A DNA stretch of 64,000 nucleotides from Octopus bimaculoides (GCF_001194135.2 NC_069003.1:19670188-19734187), one strand, 5' to 3'; shown: positions 13,198 through 26,549, counted from the stretch's first letter. Translations and numbers: made by a program. The notes: generated by a model from the sequence alone, not told the origin.

Positions 13198-13430
13198 TAN
13201 NNNNNNNNNCACACCAGCATCGGTTGTCAAGCGATGTTGGGGGCACAAATACAGACACAGACACACACACATATAATATATGCATATACAACAGGCTTTT
13301 TTCAGTTTCCATCTACCAAATCCACTCACAACCTATAGTAGAAGACACTTGCCCAAGTTGGCATGCAGTGGGATTGATCCCGGAACCATATGGTTGGTAA
13401 GCAAGCTACTTACCACACAGCCACTCCTGT
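12635..13430 (-). mobile_element. SINE family B copy, fragmented and duplicated across small gaps
   Basis: Same sequence as 9947-10332. Segments ~12780-12884 and ~12967-13080 are repeated after 10-N gaps. Confidence 0.8.
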
Positions 13431-13437
13431 ATGTATA

Positions 13438-13470
<33 letters not shown>

Positions 13471-13532
13471 ATATACATATATATATATATATAGACATAC
13501 ATATTATACCTATATACACATANNNNNNNNNN

Positions 13533-13565
<33 letters not shown>

Positions 13566-14180
13566 TAATCAAAGGAGACACAAAGAAAAATATATCAAAA
13601 CGCTTCAATGATTTTTCTCTGAAAGTCAACTTATCAATAAGGGAAAACAAATATTACTCAGAAAATATTATCAAATATTGGTCTCAAAAGAATTGTCCAT
13701 ACAAAAGATCAATAAACATGTAATTTATTTATAATATTAATATTGTGAAAGAAGGAAGAAAAATAAAAACAAATGGAAAAGCACGCAGACATATGTAATT
13801 GAAAGATTGAACTGAGAAACTAGAGTTTATAAAGATTGGAATGTTGTACATGTAAAACATGTATATAAATGTAAACAGAAGGACAGAAAGGTTTCACTGT
13901 GTTAGTGTGTGTATGTGTTAGAGAGAGAGAGAGAGACCTTTGGCTCTCTATTCCTGTTGGAGCAGTAAGGGTAGCATTGTAATATCTGGCCGATTTCTTC
14001 TAGGTGAGTGAGACAGAGTAGAATTGATCCCAGTATAAGGCTAGTGCTTTAGTTAAGGAATCCTGAAAGAATGAATGGCAAAGATGACCATATCAGAGTA
14101 GAGAGAAATCGAATGACTACCACATGGTGAACTATCCAACACTTTAATGGCTCAACCAATGTTTTCAGGTATGTGTGTGC

Positions 14181-14224
<44 letters not shown>

Positions 14225-14287
14225 CACCTAACTGTCTGGATGTTTTGCGTTCTTGTCTCATTTTGTATTTGATATATATATATATAA

Positions 14288-15539
14288 ATTGATTGACAAG
14301 AAAGTAATTTCGGCTATTTATTGTGAAATGAAAGTCATTGTTTTTCATACAAAGAATGAACTTTTATCAATTATATATTTTCCATTTTGTTTGATGAGCT
14401 TTTGCCATCTTTTTGGCAACTTCATGATTCTATGCTCATAGAACTTCTGGTCCTTATCAGTCAAAAACCGAAGCAAGTGCGATTTCAGGTCATTATCATT
14501 ACTGAATGTTTTACCATTCGAAGAATGTTGCAAAGTTCAAAATAAATGGTAATCTGATGGTGCAAGGTTAGGGCTATATAGTGGATGTGACATCACTTCC
14601 CAATCAAGCTCCATAATTTTTCAGGAGTTAGCAAAGATGTGTGGTCTAGCATTGTCATGGTGGAACATGATTCCTTTACAATTTTCCAATTCTAGCTGTT
14701 TTTCTTTGATTACTTCTTCCAATTTCATTAGTAAACATCTAAATTGCTCCTTTGAAGCAGCTTAAAATATACAACAACTTTGTAATCCCACCAAATTGAC
14801 AGCATAGCATTTTTTCGATACAATTCAGCTTTTGGTGTGGTTTGTGCTAGTTCATTATACTTGGACCATGATTGTTTTCGATTGATGTTACTGTAGACAA
14901 TCCATTTTTTATCACCGGTGATGATTCATTTCAAAAAAAGGTCGATTTCATTGTGTTTGAGATGCATATTGCAAATATTGATTTGTTAAGCGAATGTCTT
15001 TCAATTTATGTGGAACCCAAATATTGAGCTTCTTAATGAGTTCAAGACATTTTAAGTGATTTTCAATTGTTGTGTGTGATACATTTAACCTCTCTGCAAT
15101 CTCTTGCACGGTTATATTACAATCAGATTCAATTATGGCTTTGATTCAGTCATCATCAATTTCAGTAGGTCGACCAGAACATTGGTTATCTTTGAGTGAA
15201 AAACCTCCAGAACACAATTTTTTAAACCATTTTTGTGCATTCTGTTGAGCAATCAACACCATAAACTTCACATATCTCTTTGTGAGCCTCAGTAGCTTTC
15301 TTGTCTTTACAGAAATAAAAAAGCAAAATATGGCAAAAATGTCTGTTTTTGCACTCCATGTTAAAATTGACATTGAATGAACAGCTGTACACAAAATTAC
15401 GGGCAATTTGCTTCTAAAGTAAGCTAAACGTAATAGCTATCAAATGTCCAAAGGAAAAAATCATAACATTGATAAAAGTCATCCAAAACAATTCTAACTC
15501 TATTTGTGAAAAATGAAATTACATTCTTGCCAACCCAAT
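14288..15539 (-). mobile_element. Near full-length degenerate mariner (Tc1/mariner, DD34D) transposon
   Basis: Minus strand reads KWFKKLCSGGFSLKDNQCSGRPTEIDDD (HTH), ITGDKKW (~14899-14922), HHDNARPH (~14641-14666), YSPNLAPSDYHLF (~14540-14578) and KLPKRWQKLIKQNGKYII. Imperfect TIRs attg-attgacaagaaagtaatttc / attgggttggcaagaatgtaatttc; ~1.25 kb. Confidence 0.92.
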
Positions 15540-15579
<40 letters not shown>

Positions 15580-16169
15580 GCATCTGTGTATGTGTCCTTC
15601 CCATGTGTCACAGTCATGCAAGTGGTATCATTTGTCAAGCCAGTGGGTAATATTTTGCTGGAAACATGTAGGGTTGGTGACAAGCAAAAGGGAATCCAGT
15701 TGTTGAGAATTTCTACCTACCCATGCAATCATAGAAAAGTGGACAGCGAAAAAAACTGATGACAGTGGCAATGATGATGATGATGATTGTGTGTGTGTGT
15801 GTGCTGGCCTTGTGCCAAAATTTGAAATCAATATTATGTCACCAATAAGATTTATGATACATTGACAAAATGATTACAACAGTGATGTGTAGATGCCTTT
15901 TCATAGAGCTGCCAGTTGATGGGTTCACTGACACTGCCGTGATGACAACTATTGAGCAGAATATTAGATTTCAGTTTGATAACAGCAAAGTAATATGCAA
16001 CACCTTAACTAAATTATCACATTGACAAAAAGGCTTCACATTTCACCAGTTAGTAGTGACAATGCTTTAAAGTCCATTGCAGAGTGCTATCTGTCAACAG
16101 CTATGGCTATGAAAGAATCATGATAAAATTAGAATTATTCAGACTATTAATCTTGTTCTTTTGTTCTAT

Positions 16170-16510
16170 TTTCTTTCACTTGTTTCAGCCATGGGATTAC
16201 GGCCATTTTGGAGCACCACCTTGACAATGCTTACTTGATCAAATTGTTCCTGGTACTTAAGTTTTTAGGTTTGGTACTTGTTCTATCAGTCTTTTTTTTT
16301 TTTTTTACCAAACTGCTATGTTATGGAGACCTGAACAAACCAACATCAATTGTTGAATGGTGAAAGGCAAATACAATGACACACACACAGAGCAAACTCC
16401 CATAAAGTTTCCATCTCTGAATTCTCTCACATTGGTTGGCTCAAAGTTACAGTAGAAGACATGCCCAAAGTGAAATGCAGTGGGACCAAATGTGGAACTT
16501 CATAACCACT
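16170..16510 (-). mobile_element. SINE family B, older copy
   Basis: cacttgtttcagccatggga...tagaagacatgcccaaag...gcagtgggaccaaa. Confidence 0.8.
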
Positions 16511-16670
16511 GCTCCTATAACATTAGATATGAAACATTTGGAGTTCTCTCCCACCACTACCACCACCAATAGTTATATATACACAATGTTTTCATCAGTT
16601 TGATCTCCAATGGTCAACTAGTGCCTTGAGAGTGAAATTTGTCAGAAAGAAACTGTAAAAGTACTTTGTG

Positions 16671-16709
<39 letters not shown>

Positions 16710-18709
16710 ATACAGACACACACATATGTGTTCATATCCATGTTTATGTTTACTTGTGTAAATCAGTCAAACTATTCTCTTTATGTCAAAATTCATAATT
16801 TAGTCATTCAATAAAATAAGTACCAGGTTGAAATAAATATGAGGAGTAGACATGATCAATTAAAATCCCTTGAAAGCAACACCCCCAGCATCGCCACTGT
16901 CCATTACTGAAACCATGTGAAGAGTAACTTGAGTTAAACATTTAACTGGCAATACCATTCCAAGTTCAAATCTCATCAAAGTTAATTCTGTCTCATCTTT
17001 TGATAACAGTGCTAATGTACCTGCTGATATAATAAGCTAATTAGTCTTAATTAATTAAAATTACACCTGTGTTGAGGAGATTAATTCTGGTAAATAAAGG
17101 CAAGGGAGACAATCTCCAGGATTCTCATTGAGATGAATTAAAAACAGGATAATAGACTTGGAGCTGGGTGGAAGGATGAGAATCAGGGAATGAAAGACAC
17201 CCTGTTATTATAATGCTTGGATAACAACACAGAACTCACTACATACAAAGTTTGTACTTATTTAACTAAAAATTACTAATTACTGTGCAAGAATGCTTCA
17301 GTTAGCAAAATAAAATCAATAGAGTTCTGTAAAAGACAAACAATTGTTTGCAGTGATACAATCTTCCCCACGTTCTACAGTGTCAGCCACAAATGTCAGC
17401 TCATACCCTCCTCCCGCATCGCAATAAGAAAACCTTCAACAGTCACTCATGGCAAATGGGTAGATGTGAAATGAGATCTAAATTATATTTGTGTGTTAAG
17501 GTTAAAGAAAAATAAATAACAATAAATAACTTGAAACAGGTTTAGAAAATAACTGCTCCTCCCTCTATATGTGCAATGTATCTGATACAATGTAATTTTC
17601 AACACTTGTTCTTTCAAGAAGACACTTTCAAAGCATATGATGATAAGTATCATTCCCCACCCCCACCTGCTGGGTAATATATCATTTAGAAGATAAAATT
17701 ATCATCGTTAAATCAAACCTATTTTCTAATAATGGCATGGTTTGATGGGTTTATAGTACTGCATGTCACCACTTCTCTTGTCACTAAGACTCAGCATTTC
17801 TGAAATCCAAATTTACCTTATCTTCTACTACCATGTGTTACTTTGTCTTCTTTCCAATACAGGCATACCTTCCCTATACACACACACACACATACACACA
17901 CACACACATACACACACACACACACACATTACAGTAGTATTCTGTTCCTGAGTGTGTTAACATGGAGATCCAAACCATGAAATGCATCTTTTTTCTTGAA
18001 GTTCATACGACTCTCCACCCCACATTATATGATTTTTCAAGGGTGCAACATTTTCATAAAAAAGGGAATGTTTATAAAGCATTATTTCACAGAGTAAAAT
18101 ATTGTACTACCAGCATAGTAACCTCTCTTACATATAAGGGGTACTTTTAGTGCTGAGCCACTCTCTTGGCTTCACCGGTACCCTACTTTCTATATATCCA
18201 ATAAATATATAGCTGTCATGCTTGACTTATTTCAGTCATGGGACTGTGGCTATGCCTCTGCAAAAACTAATAATAAGACTGGGAGAGTGCCTAGTCAGCA
18301 CTGAGTTTGCTCAGCAACAATAATAAATCAGCGTTACAACCAAAAGCTTTAGACATGGACAGGAATATATCCAGCAGAGAGCTGCTACATTTTATCTATA
18401 TCATTAACTTATTCCTTTTCTCAGCAAAGATGTCCCTGTCCCACCCCCAGTTTCATAGACACTTGCAATTTGCCCTTGGTGCTAAAGATTTTCTCCACCT
18501 CTAGGGTATGTGATCACGCAACCTGCTAAAAAATAGCAGTCAAATGTGCCTCAATTCCACAATACTAGAACATATTAGACAATGCAGTTCTGGATGTTGT
18601 ATATCTAGAAAAAGAATAAGGTGATCACGACTGAAACATCTTTGATCAGAGACCAGTTAGATCAGGATGACCTGCAGTTAGACAGCAATATTTGAATGAG
18701 GAAAGAGAA

Positions 18710-19150
18710 TGTCATCCTCCTCTTTTAACATCCATCTTCCAAGCTGGCAGGGTTGGACAGTTCAACAGGATCCAATGAATTACAGGACTGCATTGAGCTC
18801 TAATATCTGCTTTGGCATGGTTTCCATGACTGGATGTACTTCCTAATACCAATCACTTTACAAAGTAGTAGAGAGAGGTGACTTTGTACCAGGTGTTGAG
18901 AAGCAAAAGTACGACATAGGTATAAGCATAGGTGTCTTGCTATAGAGAAGATACACGGCTACCTTGCAGTATACAAGGGTGGGGGTAGCTGGAAAGAAAA
19001 TAATGATGATAGTGACAAGGCGTCAGAGTGAACTCTCAAGGAGGTGAATATGAGAGAATACAAAGATTCGAGGTTAGGTGGATAAGTTCCCTTCCTGTAC
19101 ATTGTTCTATGCTCATGCACTTTTGGCTACTTTTATTGAGGAGTTGTAGT
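18710..19150 (-). mobile_element. Non-autonomous element sharing the RTE 3' tail
   Basis: ttttaacatccatcttccaagctggcagggttgga...ggatgtacttcctaataccaatcac. The body aggtgtcttgctatagagaagatac is shared with 51725-52370. Confidence 0.6.
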
Positions 19151-20420
19151 GCACCTGAGCACGGGATACAATAATTTCAATATTATTATTATTATTAGTG
19201 TGTGTAGGAGGAAAGTGACAGATAGTTAGAGATGGGTGTAAAGGTGAATGTAATGAATGGAAGGGTGGAGGTGTGGTTGATGGCAAATATCAGTATGGAG
19301 GTAGACAGACTAGGAAAAGCTCAGAAAGGAGGAGGTGAACTATTTGATCTGCTTCACATAACAATCAAACCTTCTTCAAATAACATCCTACAGGATAGTC
19401 ATAGCTGGAAGAGCTTTGTTCATCTAAGGCCTCTATCAGTTAGGGATCACCATGTATGTTCACATGTATGCACAGGCCTTTGCAATTTCTTTTTTTCTTT
19501 TACAGTAGAAGACTAACAGTTGTTTCCTCTCTCCATACTATTAATATTTGTCTGAAGGAATGTCTACTGCTTTAAGCCTGATACAGTTTGGTTTCAGTGT
19601 CATCTGTCAGAAGACAAAGAATGGAACAGATACTGCAAGGCATTTGGTTTGATTCCTCTAATAATTCAGCCAATCCACTACCCTGGACTGGTACTTCATT
19701 TTATTGACCTTGAAAGGGTGAAAGGCAAAGTTGACCTCAGCAGAATTTGAGCACAGAGAGTTGGAAAAATACCATCAAGCTATCTGTCCAACACTGTAAC
19801 AACTCTGCCAACTCACCATCCAGCTCAATCAATGATACGTCAGCTCAGTCAAGTTGATTTAAGGTTAAACAATAGATAAAAAGAGTGCTTCTGTACAGCT
19901 GCTTCATCTGGTCACTATAACAGTGAAATATGTCTCAAATAAAACATCTAACTGAAGTGTTTAAAATGAGATAACATGCATAAAGTCATAAAAATGTACA
20001 AATACTAAACTCGACAATAAAAAAATGTTATGACTGGATAAAACACTGATCAAATAGCTGTGTCTATTTGCCGACTATAGGTAAGCTCAAGCAGAACTGA
20101 CAACGGCAACTCTATAAAAAAATTTTTAAAAATTGAAAGCTGCCTTTTCATTGGATCTTCAATGATGGCTTTGAAAAATTTTTTTTAATCTTTTCAAGTT
20201 ATTTTCACAAGATATGAAGTGATTTGGAATAGCTTCACCAGTTATGGCTACATGGTTAAGGAGTTTGTTTCACAACCTTGTGCTTAGAGATTACATGGTA
20301 CTATAGGACATCTTCAGTAAATGTCTTCTACCATAACCTTAAACTGACAAATTCTTCATCGGTGGAATTTGGTACACGGAAACTATGTACAAGACAGTAT
20401 GATATGTATGTATATGTGAA

Positions 20421-20476
<56 letters not shown>

Positions 20477-21199
20477 TGTGCCCATGTGTACGCATGCATG
20501 CCTGCCTTGGGCTTTCAAACCTTGGTGGAGTTGTAAAGGTGGTGTCATCACACACAGCTTGTCTTCAACATTTTTAGACCTGCCAGAACCTTTCCTTCTT
20601 CAGTTCTGAGAAGAGCTAGTTTCTTCCAGAAAGAGAGACAAACAGAAAAAGAAGAATCAACTCCAGTCCAAGGCTGGTACTTTATTTATCCTGAAAGGAT
20701 GAAAGGCAATGATGACCTTGGCAAGATTTGAACTCAGAGTATAGAGAACCAGAATGAATACCACAATGCAGTGTATCTAATGCTCTAACTACTTTGCCAA
20801 TTTACTAATATAATTATAAATTGTGTGTGTGCCAGTGCATGAATACACACACACACAAACAAATAAGCACATAAACTTAAAATTATATATTCTCAAAGTT
20901 GACATCAGATGGAAACAGTGACATATCCATCTATGCAAGTCAAACCACATTTTTGTTGTACACTGGAAAATTCTGGTTACACCAAAGTGCCTCTGAACAA
21001 TTTAAGTCACCAAAGTTAGTACTTATGTTTGACTGGTTGAACTGATATTGTAAACAATGTATCATATAAGGATCACTTGACAAGAAGCAGCAGACAAATC
21101 ACTTCAACATTGTTTTACCAGTCTAGTATCACATTAAGTAGACTTCACAATTCCAATAGTAAATAACTACAATGTAAATGGAAATTATTTTTATAATAT

Positions 21200-21632
21200 C
21201 ATATTAACCTGAAATTACACATTTACAAATGGTATTCACTTAAAGTAGAGGGAAGTTGCAGAAGAGGGAGACATGGCATGAAGTATTGAAGGCTGATTTC
21301 AAAATGCTGAACCTTACAAAGGACATGACGGAGGACCAAGATAGGTAGTGCATTGCTGTACTCAAGAAGACCCACCCACCACAACAGAGTTGAGATCCTA
21401 AAACCAAGGTACCACGTAAAAGGTATTGATGTGGGTGCTAGCTCCAAGTAAAAAGTACTCAGTACACTCCGTGAAGTGGTTGGCATTAGGAAAGGTATCC
21501 ACCCATAGAAACCAAGCTAAAACAGACAATGCTAAACCAAGCTAAAACAGCCCCTGGCCTTGCCAGTTCCTATGAAGCTCTCCTACCTATACAAGCATTA
21601 AATAGTGATGATGATGATGATGATGATGATGA
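21200..21632 (+). mobile_element. RTE LINE 3' end with (GAT)n tail
   Basis: WYSLKVEGSCRRG...WHEVLKADFKMLNLTKDMTED, then the shared 3'UTR and (GAT)n. Confidence 0.75.
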
Positions 21633-21809
21633 TGGCTTAGCTGATATTTATAGCAGGTTGAGCAACCACATAGTTATATCATTCACATAGAGTGAATGAT
21701 ATAACTGTATCTCACATCAAGAATATGACTATTTAACATAAATGAGAGTATGGCAGTCTTCTTGAAAGATATTGTGAAATTAAAGATATCAGAAAACACC
21801 ATAAATATA

Positions 21810-22150
21810 TTGCCATGGCACCTCGGGCAAGTGTCTTCTATAAACCCAGGTTGACAAAAATCTTGTGAGTGGATCTTATAGATGGAAACTGAAAGAAGCC
21901 TGTCATATATGTGTGTGTGTGCGTTTGTAATTCAGTATGGATTTGCCCCCACTACCACCACCACATGACAACTGGTATTGGTTTACAGTTCTATATTTAA
22001 GAGATTGGTTTAAGATATTGGTTTGTTTACGTCCTTGTAGCTTAACAGTTAGACAAAAGAGACCCAATGGAAAAAGTACCAGACTTATTGGGGTCAAACT
22101 GTTCAACTAAACCCTTCAAGGCAGTGCCCCAGAGTAGCCACAGCCCAATG
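21810..22150 (+). mobile_element. SINE family B copy
   Basis: ggcacctcgggcaagtgtcttcta...gaaactgaaagaagcc...aagtaccagactt...cagcccaatgact. Confidence 0.8.
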
Positions 22151-22497
22151 ACTTAGTTCTAGGTCAGCTTTGATCTCACCGACCTCTAATTAAGGGTTAT
22201 CCAATACTGACTATCTTATCTTTTATTATTATCTTTTTTAGATCTGAGTCTATAATGTTGTCCAATGTATTTTACTTTATTCAAGATTATAAGATGTGAT
22301 ATGAGAACAATCTGGCTGCTATTTCTAGCAAGTTGAGTGATACCAAAGGCATTCAAACCACTAGTTATATATAAATTAAGAAACACTGACGTATAAAAAT
22401 TCTGTGAATAATAATTATAAGCTTTAAGCTTACTGTGTATTGGCTATAGAAAACAGTCTAATATTGGGACATATAAACCCTTGACTGAAAATAATGG

Positions 22498-22530
<33 letters not shown>

Positions 22531-23374
22531 NNNNNNNNNNNNNNNNNNNNNNNNNNNNNNNNNNNNNNNNNNNNNNNNNNNNNNNNNNNNNNNNNNNNNN
22601 NNNNNNNNNNNNNNNNNNNNNNNNNNNNNNNNNNNNNNNNNNNNNNNNNNNNNNNNNNNNNNNNNNNNNNNNNNNNNNNNNNNNNNNNNNNNNNNNNNNN
22701 NNNNNNNNNNNNNNNNNNNNNNNNNNNNNNNNNNNNNNNNNNNNNNNNNNNNNNNNNNNNNNNNNNNNNNNNNNNNNNNNNNNNNNNNNNNNNNNNNNNN
22801 NNNNNNNNNNNNNNNNNNNNNNNNNNNNNNNNNNNNNNNNNNNNNNNNNNNNNNNNNNNNNNNNNNNNNNNNNNNNNNNNNNNNNNNNNNNNNNNNNNNN
22901 NNNNNNNNNNNNNNNNNNNNNNNNNNNNNNNNNNNNNNNNNNNNNNNNNNNNNNNNNNNNNNNNNNNNNNNNNNNNNNNNNNNNNNNNNNNNNNNNNNNN
23001 NNNNNNNNNNNNNNNNNNNNNNNNNNNNNNNNNNNNNNNNNNNNNNNNNNNNNNNNNNNNNNNNNNNNNNNNNNNNNNNNNNNNNNNNNNNNNNNNNNNN
23101 NNNNNNNNNNNNNNNNNNNNNNNNNNNNNNNNNNNNNNNNNNNNNNNNNNNNNNNNNNNNNNNNNNNNNNNNNNNNNNNNNNNNNNNNNNNNNNNNNNNN
23201 NNNNNNNNNNNNNNNNNNNNNNNNNNNNNNNNNNNNNNNNNNNNNNNNNNNNNNNNNNNNNNNNNNNNNNNNNNNNNNNNNNNNNNNNNNNNNNNNNNNN
23301 NNNNNNNNNNNNNNNNNNNNNNNNNNNNNNNNNNNNNNNNNNNNNNNNNNNNNNNNNNNNNNNNNNNNNNNNNN
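22531..23374. other. Assembly gap (others: 12885-12966, 38401-39271, 42216-42668, 48888-49242, 53016-53234, 60666-60968, plus several short gaps)
   Basis: N runs, mostly abutting microsatellites. Confidence 1.
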
Positions 23375-23419
<45 letters not shown>

Positions 23420-23989
23420 ATATATATATAGTTTGTCTTCAGAAATGACAGTGAAAACCAGAGTGAAATGTGGGTGTGTGCATGCTCGAAGAATATTTAA
23501 TGTGATACTCAGAGTAACTACAGAGGGAAGTCTCATCTTGAAATAAATGAATGAACTCCCTTTTGAATTTTAACTGAACATTCAAATCACAATCACAAGA
23601 CAGCAATTTTGATTTGCAGACCAGAAGCGCATTGTGTTCTTCAGCAAAACACCTCATTTCATGTTGCTTCAGTCCACCCAGCAGTAAATGGGTTACCCCG
23701 CAATGGACTGGTACTCTGTTCATGGGGAATGTTGATCTTCCCACTTGGCCAGTGGGATGGCCTCATTCAAAAGCTACAACAATGCAAGGAGGAGCATTGT
23801 GACTTGATGCATATAACAACATCCCATAGACTGGTCGATATAGTGAGACACATCTAAGAATCCATATTAGCCACTGTCATGAGCAGTGTCTTAGGTAACT
23901 GTCTCAAATGGATTTATAATACTATAAACTTTGATTTATATATATATATATATATATAAATATATATACACACACACACATGTATATAT

Positions 23990-24415
23990 ATGTATGTGTG
24001 TGTATGTATGCGTATACACACACACACATATATGCATATCACATACACACACATACACCAGCTGTTCTAACATTAACACCTCCAATGACACTGCACATTT
24101 CTCATGGACAACACCGTTGGCATGGCGAGGCCAAGTATAATCTGCTGGATGGGTAATATTTGTGTGCCTGAACAAATGGTTCATAAAGGAGCTGAGAGAG
24201 GGAGAAAAACTATAAAATGCATCAGATGTAGAGCAGTAGAGAGAAGACTGAACTGGTACAGACAGACATGTGATGTATAAGGAGGATAATGATTGGGTAA
24301 AGAAGGGCAAACAGTCAAGTGGAAGGAGCATGTGGGAAGGATAAGATCTAGGAAGACATGGGAAGTATTGTTGAAGGTTCACCTCAGGAAGCTGAATCTA
24401 ACAAATAATAATAAT
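23990..24415 (+). mobile_element. Degenerate RTE-like LINE 3' end with (AAT)n tail
   Basis: VKWKEHVGRIRSRKTWEVLLKVHLRKLNL resembles the RTE C-terminal GRGRPRKTW motif. Confidence 0.55.
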
Positions 24416-24417
24416 AA

Positions 24418-24635
24418 CCGTTTCTACTATAGGCACAAGGCCCAAAATTTAGGGGAGGGATATAGTCAATATCATCAACCCCAGTGTTTCACTGGTACTT
24501 AATTTATCACCCGCAAAAGGATGAAAGGCAAAGTCAACCTTGGAAGAATTTGAACTCAAAGCATAGCAACAGATGAAATACCGCTAAGCATTTTGTCCAG
24601 CATGCTAATGATTCTGCCAATTTGCTGCCTTAATA
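24418..24635 (-). mobile_element. SINE family A
   Basis: ctggtacttaatttatcacccgcaaaaggatgaaaggcaaagtcaacc. Confidence 0.85.
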
Positions 24636-25128
24636 ATAATAATTGTCATCATTTAATGTCCAGGCAATGATAAAGGACTGCAATTTTTTGGTGAGATATT
24701 GTGTTGGAGGTAACCCATCTAATCTATGCAAGCATTAGAAAAACAGAAATGAAGAGGATGATGACGATGGTGGTCATGATGATGCTGCTGTTAATGATGA
24801 CGATATACAATAAACAGACAGCCATCAAGTCAAATTTTGACTCTTTGTAAGTTTGTGAAACATCCAAAAGGTTTTCTTGGGACATTTACAAAGATGGTTT
24901 GTCATCATTGCTTTTCTCTGGAACTCTATCTAGATGGGGGAAATTAAACTTTGGCTTTTTCAAAGAGCTTCTACACTGTTTCTGATTACTAAATTCTACC
25001 TATAAAGCATTGGTCAACCTGGAGCTATAAAGAACAAGAAACAGACCTGAGATGGTGCACAGCAGGATCAAAACCAGAATCACTTGGTAGTAAAATAAAC
25101 TTCTGAAGGACAGAGTCATGTCCATACA

Positions 25129-25168
<40 letters not shown>

Positions 25169-25349
25169 CTTCTAAACTACTTCTTCCTCTTCTTTTAACA
25201 CCTTTCTTCCATTTTGGGATGGGTAAGCTGGTTTGACAAAATTTGAAAGGTTGGAGAACAGCATTGTACTCCAATATCTACTTCAGTATGGTTTCTATAG
25301 CTGGATGCCATCCCTACCTTTCTAATAAATGCCAACTACTTTACTCTCT

Positions 25350-25426
<77 letters not shown>

Positions 25427-25429
<3 letters not shown>

Positions 25430-25845
25430 CAATTCTTCGATAAGATAAGTTGTGTTTTTTTATTTTAAGAAATATTGTTAAATGTTTTTCGATTATTCAT
25501 TTATTTATTGTTAAAACAATAGATATTTAGTATAAGTTAAAATACATACATTGATTTTTTTTATTATTATTTTTATTTTAGACCTGACGAATGACTATAT
25601 TTTTGAATAGATTTAACTGTAGATCGATTTGATTATTAATGAACTATTAATTGAATTGGTTTTAGTAGTTATCTATTTCAAAATATAATCACGAAACGTG
25701 CGTAGTCATTTTATACCATTTACTAGTTATTCTTTTTGTATTTTATTGATTTTTTGAATAAGGTTTTTGTGATAAATTTATTTTCTGGAGGGTGTGAGTT
25801 TAATTCTTCTTTGTTGAATTATTTAATAGTGGTCTTTCTTTAAAT
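25427..25845 (+). mobile_element. AT-rich ~420-bp insert between (TA)n tracts; probable Penelope-like pLTR remnant or non-autonomous retrozyme
   Basis: Unique sequence bounded on both sides by (TA)n and containing a hammerhead core. The family assignment is inferred from the known association of type I hammerheads with Penelope-like elements and retrozymes. Confidence 0.55.
25581..25707 (+). ncRNA. Type I hammerhead ribozyme-like motif
   Basis: gac-CTGACGA (25584-25590)-[~100-nt hairpin]-GAAAC (25693-25697)-GTGC-GT-A (cleavage triplet GUA, 25702-25704)-gtc. All conserved core nucleotides are present in order. Helix I is gac/gtc (3 bp). The first pair of helix II is A.C instead of G-C. Confidence 0.7.
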
Positions 25846-26203
25846 TATATATATATATATATATGCTGGAAAAATCTGCTCCTCTAAATGGATACCTTAC
25901 CCGTGGTTTTGTGGCATGAAGTGAAACAGGCTATACTGTCCACTCAAGAAAACACATAGTAAATGATCCAGAAGCACTTGGGTAAACTGAGTTCTCAACT
26001 GGCTCCATTTGCCAAAAGGTTTGCAAGGCACCAGCAGACCTCAAGAGAAACATTCATGTCCATAGAGCATGATTAACGTTTTATTTTACTGAACCATCAT
26101 TTGTTGTTCATGACAAGAGACTCCATCATGTATATATATATATATATATNNNNNNNNNNNNNNNNNNNNNNNNNNNNNNNNNNNNNNNNNNNNNATATAT
26201 ACA

Positions 26204-26412
26204 CAGTAATCCCTTACCATATCGCGGTTTCTTATTTACACTTATGTCGATTCCTCTGTGGTATTGTTTTGCATTTATAATCAAATAAATATAAAGAAAT
26301 TATAAAAGTAATTCAAAAAACATACACTACAGTACTGTTTCTATTTTATGGATTTTCATCTATTGTGGGTGGAGTTTGGTACGTATCACCCACAATAGTT
26401 GAGAGATTACTG
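26204..26412. mobile_element. Tigger/pogo-like MITE
   Basis: TIRs cagtaatccct...atcgcgg / gagagattactg; ~210 bp. Confidence 0.7.
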
Positions 26413-26549
26413 TGTGTATATATATAGGGAGGGGTACTGCAGAGACAGACTGTCTAAGTTGCATGTTTTAAGCTGGGTGGAATCAATTCTTCTCTCAATC
26501 TGAACACAGTTGATATCCTCAAGAGAGAAAGCACGCATGGGTGTGTGTG

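Noticed and set aside
12780-13522. Apparent direct duplications of ~100-110 bp SINE segments
   Set aside because: The copies are identical and abut 10-N gaps, which is typical of unmerged contig overlaps.
22430-23536. Long ORFs of 150-370 aa in the ORF track (also 38370-39391, 42207-42757, 48629-49479, 52772-53416)
   Set aside because: They run through N gaps and microsatellites.
25865-26130. Higher-complexity segment with a minus-strand GTAAGG donor
   Set aside because: No convincing open frame or protein similarity.
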